A DNA stretch of 64,000 bases. It comes from an uncultured virus (IMG/VR IMGVR_UViG_3300020413_000001). Taxonomy: Duplodnaviria; Heunggongvirae; Uroviricota; Caudoviricetes. Under the pieces are notes generated by a model. The model saw nothing but the letters and a program-made list of their open reading frames with translations, did not search any database and was not told the DNA's origin. The stretch is taken from the IMG/VR virus record IMGVR_UViG_3300020413_000001. One strand, 5' to 3'. The position numbers were made by a program, and so were the translations under genes. This document shows positions 45,984-55,878 of this stretch, in pieces (positions within the stretch are counted from its first letter, which is position 1; each line of letters starts with the position of its first letter).

Positions 45984-46095
45984 ACGGCATAAAGTCCTTT
46001 ATTAAAAGATTATAGCCCCTAACACAAATGCAACAGAAGCAATAAGTATTTCTGTTCTATAATGTAGTTGCCAAATCATAAATTTTTCTTTGTAT

Positions 46096-46755
46096 TTATT
46101 TATCATCATCTTCCTCCAAGTTTCTCAGCTTATAATCATAACTACCTTGTTCGTGTTCATCGGTAATCCATTTAGCTGAATTTTCTACGGAATAGATCTT
46201 ACTGGTTACTAATCTATTAATCAAGTTTTTTGATGGGTCCACACCCATAGATGCATCAAACATTTTAAGCCTATTATTGGGCTGTATTGCAAAGTTTCCA
46301 TCCTCTAATTGTAATACGTGGCCACATTTATGTTGATCTGGTTTTTCTGCATAACCAAAATTTAATTCATTGAAGTCTCCTGCACACCAGTCAATTGTAA
46401 ATAAATATTTACCTTTACGTTTTACTCTACGTCGTGATGTATATTGCATTGTAGCACCAGCCAACTCATAAAAAGTTGTGACACTTACATTATAACTAAA
46501 ACAATCCCACATAACTAATTCATCTAATGGTAATTCTTTGACTCCAGGTTTTGTACAGAAAGCCGAGATAGGTGCTCGCCACCACAGGCCACCATCTTCC
46601 ATTAAAAAATGAAACATTGGTACTCTGTTTGGTATAGAGCTAAAACCAAATACTCCTACTTCAAAATATTTGTCGTGTGAATCTTTTTGATCTCTAAGAT
46701 AGTTACCCCTGACGTAACATTCTATTACTGGTATGTTTGCATTAAGATAAGCCAT
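46096..46755 (-). CDS. Conserved phage hypothetical protein, 219 aa
   Basis: YLNANIP...WDCFSY...GKYLFTIDW...HKCGHV...GNFAIQPNNR. Confidence 0.7.
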   Translation of the reverse strand: MAYLNANIPVIECYVRGNYLRDQKDSHDKYFEVGVFGFSSIPNRVPMFHFLMEDGGLWWRAPISAFCTKPGVKELPLDELVMWDCFSYNVSVTTFYELAGATMQYTSRRRVKRKGKYLFTIDWCAGDFNELNFGYAEKPDQHKCGHVLQLEDGNFAIQPNNRLKMFDASMGVDPSKNLINRLVTSKIYSVENSAKWITDEHEQGSYDYKLRNLEEDDDK

Positions 46756-48611
46756 TAGTCATTTATACTCCCCCAGTTTTTACCGTGTTCGTAGTCTACT
46801 TTGTTTGGAACCTCTAGAGTAACAGCTTGCTCCATAATCTCAACAATCTTTTTTGCCTGTGCGTCATTTTCTATTGATAAACATAGTTCGTCATGTATTT
46901 GTATGTGTGCTACAATTCCTTCCTTGTATAATTCTAACATAGATTTTTTTGTCATGTCAGCTGCACTACCTTGTATTAATTTGTTTAATGCTTTGTATGT
47001 GTAAGCTCTTTTAATCCCTGGTCCATGTTCTGCCAATGCATCTTCGTGTGACATAGCTTTGTGCATACCAAAACTATTAGGTTCCCATAGATGAAACCTG
47101 CATAGTCGTCCCAGCAATGTACGGATTTGTCCACGGTCTTGTGCTCTGTTAGATGCTTTTTCCATAAGTTGTTTAACAAAAGGTACTTTACCATGATACG
47201 TGTTAAATAATTCTGCAGCTTTGTCTTTTGATACTCCAAGTTCTGCCTGTAGTTTAGCTTTACCCATACCATAAAATAATCCTAAGTTAATTGTTTTAGC
47301 TTGGGATCTTGGTATCTCTGCCATGTCTGCTACAGTCTGGTGAAAGTCTGAGTTAGCATCATTTTGATATGCGTCTACTACATCATAAACAGAGGGTAAT
47401 TTGTATAAAGCAGCATAATGCACTACCAGCCTAGGTTCTTGCTGAGAATAGTCAAAACAACCCCATCTATGGCCTTCCTCGGGTATAAATAACGACCTTA
47501 TCTTAGGTCCAAGGTCTTTGTTACGTGCTGGAATCTGTTGTAGATTTGGATTCTGGTAGGAGAACCTACCAGTAACCGTGCCACCCCCAGCATTTCTTAA
47601 TTGGTTTATTTCTGCATGTATTCTACCTTTGTGTTCGTATCGTAGAATAGAATCTATAAAAGTTGTATGTGCTTTGTTAACTTCTCTTGCCTTTGCAATC
47701 ATGTTAACAACAGGATGTTTGTGTTCTTGTAAAAAGTTTTTTGTAAAACTTGGTGCTTGTGTTTTTTCTGTGCGTTCAAAAGGTATTTTTAAATTTTCAA
47801 ATACATCTGCGATACTACTAGCTGCCCAGATCTGTGGTCTTACATTAGTTTCTTTTTCAATAGCATTTAATAATTCATTCTCTTCATTAATTAAATTTTT
47901 CTTTAATGTGTGTGCTGCTTCTACATCTACTCTTACACCTTTGAATCTCATGTCAACCAGGCATGGAAATAAATCTGTTTCTAATTCCATAATTGATTGT
48001 AGGTCCTGTGCAATAATTTCTTTCTTCATTTCTTGCCATAAACCAAATGTAGCTTCTGCATCTCGTTCAGCATAAGTCCCGACATTAAGTGACGGAAGTT
48101 TATACATTTCAGATTTAGGGTCTATTCCCCATTCAGCTGCTGCTTCTGCAAGTGCAGCTTCATTCTTACCAAAACCTAAATACTTCCAGGACAAACTATT
48201 AAGATCATATCTAAATCTATTCTCATCAGTCACAGCTGCGGCTATCATTGTATCAACAATCATACCATTTATGGTTAGGCCCATAGCTTTAATCCAACAT
48301 ACGTCGTACATTGCATTGTGAAATATTTTTGTAGAATCTGTTTTAAGAATATCTTGAAACCATTCTAAAACTTTTTTACGATCCATGTTGCCACCACCTT
48401 CGTGTGCAATAGGAAAGTATCCTTTGTAATGTGATGTTGCTACAGCTATTCCTATAACTTCTCCATTACCTATAATAGATCCAGATCCTTTTTTAATTAA
48501 GTCCGGGTCTTTTGTTTCTAAATCAATTGCAATTTCATCAACCTGTCTAAGGTCTGGAAATTCTGTGGGTATTACCCATTCTGTCTGTGCGCTAAATGTA
48601 GGTATCTTCAT
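46755..48611 (-). CDS. polA: DNA polymerase, family A, with 3'-5' exonuclease
   Basis: IAIDLET, FHNAMYD, YAERD exonuclease motifs; TGRFS..NPNLQQIP; DYSQQEPR; AKTINLGLFYG; QIHDEL. Confidence 0.95.
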   Translation of the reverse strand: MKIPTFSAQTEWVIPTEFPDLRQVDEIAIDLETKDPDLIKKGSGSIIGNGEVIGIAVATSHYKGYFPIAHEGGGNMDRKKVLEWFQDILKTDSTKIFHNAMYDVCWIKAMGLTINGMIVDTMIAAAVTDENRFRYDLNSLSWKYLGFGKNEAALAEAAAEWGIDPKSEMYKLPSLNVGTYAERDAEATFGLWQEMKKEIIAQDLQSIMELETDLFPCLVDMRFKGVRVDVEAAHTLKKNLINEENELLNAIEKETNVRPQIWAASSIADVFENLKIPFERTEKTQAPSFTKNFLQEHKHPVVNMIAKAREVNKAHTTFIDSILRYEHKGRIHAEINQLRNAGGGTVTGRFSYQNPNLQQIPARNKDLGPKIRSLFIPEEGHRWGCFDYSQQEPRLVVHYAALYKLPSVYDVVDAYQNDANSDFHQTVADMAEIPRSQAKTINLGLFYGMGKAKLQAELGVSKDKAAELFNTYHGKVPFVKQLMEKASNRAQDRGQIRTLLGRLCRFHLWEPNSFGMHKAMSHEDALAEHGPGIKRAYTYKALNKLIQGSAADMTKKSMLELYKEGIVAHIQIHDELCLSIENDAQAKKIVEIMEQAVTLEVPNKVDYEHGKNWGSIND

Positions 48612-48671
48612 AACATTAAATAACAAAGAATTAATAAACATGTAAACAACCCCATGTAATGAGGTATATGA

Positions 48672-48905
48672 TTATTTGGTTCCATAGTCCCTTTCGATTA
48701 TCATTTCTATAAAATGTATTGCTTTTTCCAAGTCTTGTTTCTTTCCTTTATCGCGATGTCTTATTATATATTTTATAGCACAACCTTCTGGATATAACAA
48801 CTCATTCTCAACTACAAATTTGCTTGGTTGAATTTTGTATTTTTGATAATGGGTCCCGCCGTGCTGCTTATTCCAAACTTTCGATGTCATAACCTTTGTC
48901 CTCAT
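48672..48905 (-). CDS. DUF3310/SaV-like protein
   Basis: QHGGTHY...IQP...EGCAIKYI.R...KG..QDLEKAIHF. Confidence 0.8.
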   Translation of the reverse strand: MRTKVMTSKVWNKQHGGTHYQKYKIQPSKFVVENELLYPEGCAIKYIIRHRDKGKKQDLEKAIHFIEMIIERDYGTK

Positions 48906-50355
48906 GTTTAGCTGTTAGTATATATAAATTTTGTTTTGTACGTGTTACACCCACATACCAAACTCTTTGTTCTTCGTCGTATTTATCTTCGCTTCTTTCT
49001 ACTGCGTCTCTTATTTTTTTTGTATTGTCTAAAATTAATAAAACATTTGTAGCTTCCCCACCTTTTGCTGCATGTATTGTAGATAATTTTACTCTTGCAG
49101 GTTTAGATAACTCTTCTTTAAGTCTTAACATTTCTCTTATGTATAAACTTTCTTCTGGATCTGTTTTAAAAACTTCATACCACTCTTGTGTTTTTGCATA
49201 ACCAAACTCATATAGGTCGTACATTCTTTCTTCTTTTAGTTCTATATCTTCTTCTAAAAATTCTAAAAGGTCTTTGCATTCTGATAGAGATAGTTTATCT
49301 CCATTAGTCCATCTCGTATAATTTTTAATAGCTGTATACAATCTTGTCTTATAGCTCTTTCTACCTTTTATTTCAAAGTAAATAGCCATATCTTTTAATG
49401 TAGATTTTAATTTAATTAGTTTATCATTTGTTCTTGCAAGTATTAACCAATCACCATTATACAGCGGCGCATCTTCAATAGACATTATATGGTTCGTGGT
49501 CCCTGATTCCGGACGCGGTGCCCATTGTTTTTTAATTCTTCTGTCATCTGGTATTCTACTTAAAATTTGATCAGCCACATGTTGTACTTGTCGTGGTACC
49601 CTGTAAGATTGTGGCAAGATTATGTCTTTAGCTGGCTCGTTTTGAAATCTTTTAACATCTGCACCAGCCCAGCCATAAATAGCTTGATCATCATCACCTG
49701 CTAGTATAACATATTTAGAGTTTTTCTTAAGTATATCGTACATTTTCCATTGTATTGGCGATAAATCCTGTGCTTCGTCGACAAATATTACATCATATTT
49801 CGGACACAATTCTGCCACATTAAATTTTTCAATCATGTCTGTAAAATCTACCAGGCCATATGCCTGTTTATAATTATCTACTTCATCTTTTAAAATTTGT
49901 AGCTGATGCTTGTCTATGTCCTCTGAATACATGTCTGTATTATATTCTTCCTCAATAGATACGTTCTTAATCCTTGCTGCATTAATAATGTTAAAGTATT
50001 CACTATTAGAATCTACAAACCCAGTCTTCTCTTCTCCATTAGAATAAACTGTAACCTCTATACCTAATTTTCTACCTATGTCTTCGTAGTGTTCGTCTTG
50101 CATTACTTGCGCTTTCTTTATACCTAGTTGATTAAAAGCTAGTGAGTGTAGTGTTCTAAAATGTTTTAGATTTTTCTTTTGTAGTTTTGGATATGCATCT
50201 AACATTCTGTCTACTGCCTCGTTAGCAGCTTTAGTTGTAAATGCAAAGTATCCTATTCTATCAATAGGTGTACCAAGTTTAACAAATGTTTTTACATACT
50301 TAATAAGTCTGGTTGTCTTACCTGTACCAGGAGGACCCAATATTTTTCTAATCAC
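48868..50355 (-). CDS. Superfamily 1 (UvrD/Rep-like) helicase
   Basis: GPPGTGKT, FTTKAA, TLHSLA, VDEAQD, GDDDQAIY, QSYR, STIHAAKGGE, YVGVTR. Confidence 0.92.
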   Translation of the reverse strand: MIRKILGPPGTGKTTRLIKYVKTFVKLGTPIDRIGYFAFTTKAANEAVDRMLDAYPKLQKKNLKHFRTLHSLAFNQLGIKKAQVMQDEHYEDIGRKLGIEVTVYSNGEEKTGFVDSNSEYFNIINAARIKNVSIEEEYNTDMYSEDIDKHQLQILKDEVDNYKQAYGLVDFTDMIEKFNVAELCPKYDVIFVDEAQDLSPIQWKMYDILKKNSKYVILAGDDDQAIYGWAGADVKRFQNEPAKDIILPQSYRVPRQVQHVADQILSRIPDDRRIKKQWAPRPESGTTNHIMSIEDAPLYNGDWLILARTNDKLIKLKSTLKDMAIYFEIKGRKSYKTRLYTAIKNYTRWTNGDKLSLSECKDLLEFLEEDIELKEERMYDLYEFGYAKTQEWYEVFKTDPEESLYIREMLRLKEELSKPARVKLSTIHAAKGGEATNVLLILDNTKKIRDAVERSEDKYDEEQRVWYVGVTRTKQNLYILTAKHEDKGYDIESLE

Positions 50356-51977
50356 ATTATCTCCGTGTTGTGTTTTATTTTAGTATGGTTTATTTCTATG
50401 TCTTCAAACTCTTCTATACTTATCATTACAATATTTTTTGTAGGTGTATTGTATTTACCTTTTTCTTTTGTTGGATATCGTTTCTGTTCTAAAAATTGTA
50501 TGTCACATTTTTTGTAATTAGTTTTCATCATTACACCCGTTTTATCTTCGCCGTGTTTCCAATTCTTAGATCTTAGTTTGTCGTAGAATTTGTCAAACTT
50601 AAAGTATGCATAACCATCTTCTATTAACACGGTTCCAGATTTAAATGCTGCATCGTTCATAGCTTTAGGTCCATTTATTTTTGCATGTAATACGTCGTGT
50701 AGTTTTTCTTTTGGTGATGTACCTACAGGAGGGTTAATTACTTTTTGTGTTTGAAACAATGCTTCTAATACTGTTTGATCTTCTGGTGCTTTTATAATTG
50801 GTGGTGGAAATCCTGCAGCTTTAGCTATCGAGTTTCTACGTTTACGTTGATCTGTTACATGTTCAATTGTTTTGCAATGCACAGTAGCTTTACCAATACC
50901 GTCTGGTTTAGTTACATCAAATTCATACTCTGGGTCTGGTTCTATGTCTATCTTTCTTAAGTTTGTTAACACAGGATATTGTCCTTTTGATCCTGCTAGT
51001 ATACCAAACTTCTTTTTTACACAGATACCTTTCTTACAAAAATCACTGAGCGGACTTTGATTACAAGTGTAACCTTTTTCTGATCTGTTCCATGATCTTG
51101 TTTTTTGTTTTAATTTATTGTCATCCCATGCGTTTGCATGTTCTCTTGCAAAATATTTTACTGGTGCATTCTTTACTTTCTGTTCCCATGTATCTGGATA
51201 CTTCATCTTAACAAACACATGATAGTTATACATAAACCTATCTTTGCCATCAAAACCTGATTGATTAGATATTTTAGATATCAAAGCAAGACAAGGTGGT
51301 CCTTCTAAAAAATCTTCATCTACACCTTCCATAGATTGTTTTTCCATTTCTTCTGTCAAAGATTTTAGATCATCTGTCGTAGTTATATTTGCATCTACAA
51401 CTTTTATAAATTGTTCTAATGTAAAAAATGTACCATCAATGTTAATAGCTCTACGCTGTCCACCATAGTATGGCAGGTTTATAAACTGCCCTGGTTTTAT
51501 AATTCCTGTTTCCGGATCTTTAGTTAGTTGTGTCTGCTTTGGAAATATTTCTGTGTCTGGTTTAAGATTAAACAAAGGTAATAGATTGCTTAAGAATGAT
51601 ACAATAATTGTTGATTGCACAAACTCATTCATAAATAAATATAAGTGTAGTCCGCCACTTTTAGATTCGATAGGTATAAGTGGTAGTTTGTATTGTTGAA
51701 TTGTTTCTAAATAAAATTTTTTATCAAAGTTTTCATATTTTTTAGGATCTATATCTATTACTCCAAACCTAGCATCACCGCTTTCATTAGTTGGTTGTAT
51801 ACCAACAGATACTTTACCTTCTAAATGTTCTTGATAAATTGTGTCTGTAAATTCTTCGTAGTTCCATCTGTAATTAGGTTTTTGCTTTCCGCTTTCTGGG
51901 TCGACAATTGCGTTAGTCCAATCTGCGATTCCATACGCATGTCTATAGCCATTAAATATTTTTATATACTCTTGCAT
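50352..51977 (-). CDS. Primase-polymerase (AEP-like) replication protein
   Basis: FGVIDID, SKSGGLHLY, EIFPKQ, INLPY, GPPCL; Cys cluster YTC...FCKKGIC. Confidence 0.75.
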   Translation of the reverse strand: MQEYIKIFNGYRHAYGIADWTNAIVDPESGKQKPNYRWNYEEFTDTIYQEHLEGKVSVGIQPTNESGDARFGVIDIDPKKYENFDKKFYLETIQQYKLPLIPIESKSGGLHLYLFMNEFVQSTIIVSFLSNLLPLFNLKPDTEIFPKQTQLTKDPETGIIKPGQFINLPYYGGQRRAINIDGTFFTLEQFIKVVDANITTTDDLKSLTEEMEKQSMEGVDEDFLEGPPCLALISKISNQSGFDGKDRFMYNYHVFVKMKYPDTWEQKVKNAPVKYFAREHANAWDDNKLKQKTRSWNRSEKGYTCNQSPLSDFCKKGICVKKKFGILAGSKGQYPVLTNLRKIDIEPDPEYEFDVTKPDGIGKATVHCKTIEHVTDQRKRRNSIAKAAGFPPPIIKAPEDQTVLEALFQTQKVINPPVGTSPKEKLHDVLHAKINGPKAMNDAAFKSGTVLIEDGYAYFKFDKFYDKLRSKNWKHGEDKTGVMMKTNYKKCDIQFLEQKRYPTKEKGKYNTPTKNIVMISIEEFEDIEINHTKIKHNTEIM

Positions 51978-52045
51978 AGTTATCCTGTCTACATGGGCCA
52001 CTTAGTCTCCCTTGTGGCCCACGCTGTGCACATACCCCGAAGGGA

Positions 52046-52807
52046 TTATATAATGCTGCTACTTTCCGCTGGTTTCTGTTCACCATGCTTAGCTTTCACT
52101 GCACCTTTAGAGATGCTTTCAGAAAACGATTTAGCTTGTTGATAGATACTCGCGTCAGTAATAGGACCAACTTTACTTACTTCCCAACCAAACCACGTGC
52201 CTTTATCATTAGACATTTGGGTAGTCTTTAGTTTGTAAATGTGGCTAAAAGATGCCGGTGTATATAAACCGTTTTTACCTTTTAGTTTTATGCCCGACAT
52301 CATTGAATTCCATTTTCTACTAATTTTTAATTGAGTAGATTTCATAGAGATCAATGCAGTCGATGGACTGTCTCCTGTTATGATTACAAAATGTGATGCA
52401 GTCTTTTCAATGTAATTACCATTAGGTAATCTATCTTTGTAACTTGCATCTGCTTTTGTTTTAGACATGATATCAGATGAAGAATCATAGATTGCAACTG
52501 GTGCACCTGGTCCTTCTCCTCTATCTTTCCATTCGATGTATTCGAGTTTGTAAAAACATGGAATTACATCTATGCCTTTTACTCCGTCGTATAAATCTCC
52601 AGTTACCGAATTGAAAATCATTCCGGGTTCTGCACCTTCAACATACTTACCATCACGTTTGTTAACTTCTGGTGAAAGTTGTCCTAGGATTTTAAGAAAA
52701 GGAAGGGCTAGATCTTCTTGACCTATTTTTCCCAAACCTTTTGCTGCATCTTCTTCAAAAATATTTGAAGGAAGTCCTGCAGTCTTTTTCTCTGCTACTT
52801 GGTTCAT
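52046..52807 (-). CDS. Putative single-stranded DNA-binding protein, 253 aa
   Basis: DLALPFLKILGQLSPEV...MKSTQLK.SRKWNS...KGTWFGW; replication-module position. Confidence 0.55.
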   Translation of the reverse strand: MNQVAEKKTAGLPSNIFEEDAAKGLGKIGQEDLALPFLKILGQLSPEVNKRDGKYVEGAEPGMIFNSVTGDLYDGVKGIDVIPCFYKLEYIEWKDRGEGPGAPVAIYDSSSDIMSKTKADASYKDRLPNGNYIEKTASHFVIITGDSPSTALISMKSTQLKISRKWNSMMSGIKLKGKNGLYTPASFSHIYKLKTTQMSNDKGTWFGWEVSKVGPITDASIYQQAKSFSESISKGAVKAKHGEQKPAESSSII

Positions 52808-52809
52808 GG

Positions 52810-53379
52810 TTATTTACTCCTTGTTATTTTTGTTCTGTTGCTCGTGAACAAATTAAATAAGTCAGAGGGCATATCAAGTCCAGCCTCAACACGCTCTCTA
52901 ACTAATGCTTTAAGTGTCATTGGTTCAACCTTTAATTTCTGGATAGGTTCATACCCTTGACCTTGCGCAAGGACAGCATATTGCTGTGCCTTGTTATCTT
53001 CGGAACGTCCAAAAGCAACAGTTACCTCATTTTTGATAAGGTCACCTAGTCCGTTCTCACGAAGCCATTTATATGCTTCTTCCTTTTTATCTGCAGGTAT
53101 AGAAGCACCATAGACAGGTTTAACTTCTACTGAAGTCCCGTCTGCTAATTTTAATGTAGAGATGTTCATTTCTTGCATCATTGTAGGTATCACCTCTGAT
53201 GATACTAATTCTACTTTTCTTTTCATCTCTTTATATTCTTGTTCTTTAACTAAAAGTTCTGCTTCTAGTTCTTGTAGTTTAACGACTTGATCAGATAATT
53301 TATTAGCATCATTTGCGCTATCTAAATCTTCTCTTTGGTCTTTTTCAAAATCAATCGACATTGATTTCTCCTTTCTCAT
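52810..53379 (-). CDS. Conserved phage replication-module protein
   Basis: AYKWLRENGLGDLIKN...VEPMTLKALVRE. Confidence 0.6.
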   Translation of the reverse strand: MRKEKSMSIDFEKDQREDLDSANDANKLSDQVVKLQELEAELLVKEQEYKEMKRKVELVSSEVIPTMMQEMNISTLKLADGTSVEVKPVYGASIPADKKEEAYKWLRENGLGDLIKNEVTVAFGRSEDNKAQQYAVLAQGQGYEPIQKLKVEPMTLKALVRERVEAGLDMPSDLFNLFTSNRTKITRSK

Positions 53380-53713
53380 GTAAGTTTATTTTTAAAGGAT
53401 AATACATTTTTTCTTGTCTATCCCATTTAAGTAAATTAAATTTACCATTTGTTATTTCAGAAACAATAGAGCACGCAATACCAATAATAGCTGGATCACC
53501 TGTTAATAATAAATAATCTTCTGAAGTATAGTTTCTTAAAAGTTTTCTTAATTTAAAAACTAATGGTCCAGGAGAAAAAATTATTTGAGAAAATTCTGGT
53601 AATAAAAAATGAAAATCACCATACTCTCTTGCACTCATAATATTTATTTTAGGAGCACCTGCTTTAGTTCCAGGTAATTCTTGGATTACGTAAACTTTTT
53701 TTCTTTCTGACAT
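53351..53713 (-). CDS. Hypothetical protein (probable start MSERKKV)
   Basis: VYVIQE...DYLLLTGDP...LLKWDRQ. Confidence 0.65.
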   Translation of the reverse strand: MSERKKVYVIQELPGTKAGAPKINIMSAREYGDFHFLLPEFSQIIFSPGPLVFKLRKLLRNYTSEDYLLLTGDPAIIGIACSIVSEITNGKFNLLKWDRQEKMYYPLKINLHEKGEINVD

Positions 53714-53749
53714 TGACAAACAATATAGGAAGTTATATATAGATGTCAA
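53713..53749. promoter_or_regulatory. Overlapping divergent sigma70-type promoters
   Basis: + strand TTGACA(53713)-17-TATATA; - strand TTGACA(53749)-16-TATATT. Confidence 0.65.
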
Positions 53750-53766
53750 CTAGAAAGAAGAAGATT

Positions 53767-55200
53767 ATGAAATATAAATTTAAAACAGAGCCTTATGCTC
53801 ATCAATTAAAAGCATTAGAGCTTTCTTGGGACAAGCCGTACTTTGCCTATTTTATGGAAATGGGTACTGGTAAATCAAAAGTACTGATAGACAATATTGC
53901 TATGTTATATGACGCCGGTAAAATTAATGGTGTTCTAATTGTGGCACCAAAAGGTGTATATAAAAACTGGTATGATAGTGAGATACCTACACATATGCCA
54001 GACCATGTAGAATATCAAGACTGTTTATGGCAATCAATGATTACTAAAAAACAACAGGCAGAATTAGATAAAGTTTTTGTACCTGGAGAAGATTTACATG
54101 TTTTAATTATGAATGTAGAGGCTTTTTCTACTAAAAAAGGTGTAGAGTTTGCGGCTAAATTTTTACGTTGTCATAGAACTATGATGGCTATTGATGAATC
54201 TACAACTATCAAAAATCCGGATGCTAAAAGAACTAAACATATATGTTCTTTAGGAGAATATGCACCATATAAAAGAATTCTTACAGGTTCTCCGGTAACT
54301 AAATCACCTTTAGATTTATACAAACAATGTGAGTTTCTTAAAAAAGAATTACTAGGACACAGCTCTTATTATACGTTTAGAACTAGATACGCTAAAATGA
54401 AAACAGCAAATTTTGGTGGCAGATCTGTACAAATTGTAACTGGCTATCAACATCTAGGAGAATTATCAGAAAAACTTAAAGCTTTTTCATACCGCGTATT
54501 AAAAGATGACTGTTTAGATTTACCTGCAAAAACATTTATTAAACGTATGGTCCAACTTACACCAGATCAAACTAAATTATACAAACAAATGAAAGTCTTA
54601 GCTCTTGCACAAATGGATGGCAAGATAATGACTACTGCTACAGTTTTGACGCAATTAATGAGACTACAGCAAATAACTTGTGGTCACTTTACTGCAGATG
54701 ATGGCACTATAAAAGAAGTAGACTCTAATAGATTACCAGAACTTATGAATGTATTGGAAGAGATAGAAGGTAAAGTTGTTATATGGGCCCATTGGCAACG
54801 AGATGTACATAGGATAATCCGGGAGATATCTAAAAAATTTGGCGAAAATAGTTTTGTAGATTATTATGGTTTGACACCAATGTCAGAGCGTCAAAAAAAT
54901 ATAGAGAAATTCCAAGATCCAAACTCACCGGTTAAATACTTTATTGGTACTACACAGACAGGTGGTTATGGTATTACATTAACCGCAGCTAGTAATATGA
55001 TTTACTATTCTAATGGTTATGATTTAGAGAAACGACAACAATCAGAAGCTAGAATAGATCGTATTGGACAACACTATCCTATGACTTATATTGATATTAT
55101 GTGTGAGCATACTGTTGATGAACGAATTGTAAAAGCTTTAAAAAAGAAAGTAGATATTGCTAGTCAGATTATGGGTGAAGAACTAAAAGATTGGATTTAA
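53767..55200 (+). CDS. SNF2-family (SF2) helicase
   Basis: PYAHQ, MEMGTGKS, IDEST, LTGSP, RLQQI, GGYGITLT, QSEARIDRIGQ. Confidence 0.92.
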   Translation: MKYKFKTEPYAHQLKALELSWDKPYFAYFMEMGTGKSKVLIDNIAMLYDAGKINGVLIVAPKGVYKNWYDSEIPTHMPDHVEYQDCLWQSMITKKQQAELDKVFVPGEDLHVLIMNVEAFSTKKGVEFAAKFLRCHRTMMAIDESTTIKNPDAKRTKHICSLGEYAPYKRILTGSPVTKSPLDLYKQCEFLKKELLGHSSYYTFRTRYAKMKTANFGGRSVQIVTGYQHLGELSEKLKAFSYRVLKDDCLDLPAKTFIKRMVQLTPDQTKLYKQMKVLALAQMDGKIMTTATVLTQLMRLQQITCGHFTADDGTIKEVDSNRLPELMNVLEEIEGKVVIWAHWQRDVHRIIREISKKFGENSFVDYYGLTPMSERQKNIEKFQDPNSPVKYFIGTTQTGGYGITLTAASNMIYYSNGYDLEKRQQSEARIDRIGQHYPMTYIDIMCEHTVDERIVKALKKKVDIASQIMGEELKDWI

Positions 55201-55682
55201 TTAACTACTTTACCACCAGACCATTTCATTTCTGGCAGGCCTTCGGTATATTTTTTTCCGTCGTAAGTTAAAACTTGTTTTCTATTTGCACCAGATTCGT
55301 GATAGCTTATGTGAACCCAACCACCTGCTGGATCTTCAGAATCATAAAACTCTAAAATTAATTGGTCAAAGTCTACGTTGTTTTGTAGCCAGTAAGCTGT
55401 TTGAATATTTGGCACGCCAAATATTTCTAGGTCACAGGCCTGGCCTTTTGCATGCTGCGAAGTTTTTTTGCTGCCAATTGCTTCACACAGCGCCTCGCTC
55501 CTGTAGCCCGAAGTAATCGTAACTGGCTTGTCAAAGTGTGCACGTAACGGTTCAAGAACCTCATAACATAGGTCACCTAAACTTTTAATTTCTCCAGCTC
55601 CTGGAGTATTATCAATATTTTTCCGAGTCGCTGTCATCGACTTGGTCATCTCTTTAAGAGTAAAGTGTTTACTAAGTTGCAT
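55197..55682 (-). CDS. Endolysin, peptidase M15A family
   Basis: LSKHFTL.E...ITSGYRS...SQHAKGQACD...WVHIS. Confidence 0.88.
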   Translation of the reverse strand: MQLSKHFTLKEMTKSMTATRKNIDNTPGAGEIKSLGDLCYEVLEPLRAHFDKPVTITSGYRSEALCEAIGSKKTSQHAKGQACDLEIFGVPNIQTAYWLQNNVDFDQLILEFYDSEDPAGGWVHISYHESGANRKQVLTYDGKKYTEGLPEMKWSGGKVVN

Positions 55683-55689
55683 GATTTTT

Positions 55690-55878
55690 TTATCTAATAA
55701 TTAAAGCAAATATAACATATGCCATACCCGAGATCAACGCTCCAGTAGACACTAATAAGATGCTTTCTACGCGGTTAATTTGACGTTCAAGCTTATGTAT
55801 TTTGTCATGCGTTTGCTTCTGCATGATTCTACACAGCTTTTCGTGGTCTTCTATTTTTTGTAATGCGTTTTTAGCCAT
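55690..55878 (-). CDS. Small coiled-coil plus transmembrane protein (holin-like)
   Basis: HEKLC motif, C-terminal transmembrane segment, next to the endolysin. Confidence 0.5.
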   Translation of the reverse strand: MAKNALQKIEDHEKLCRIMQKQTHDKIHKLERQINRVESILLVSTGALISGMAYVIFALIIR

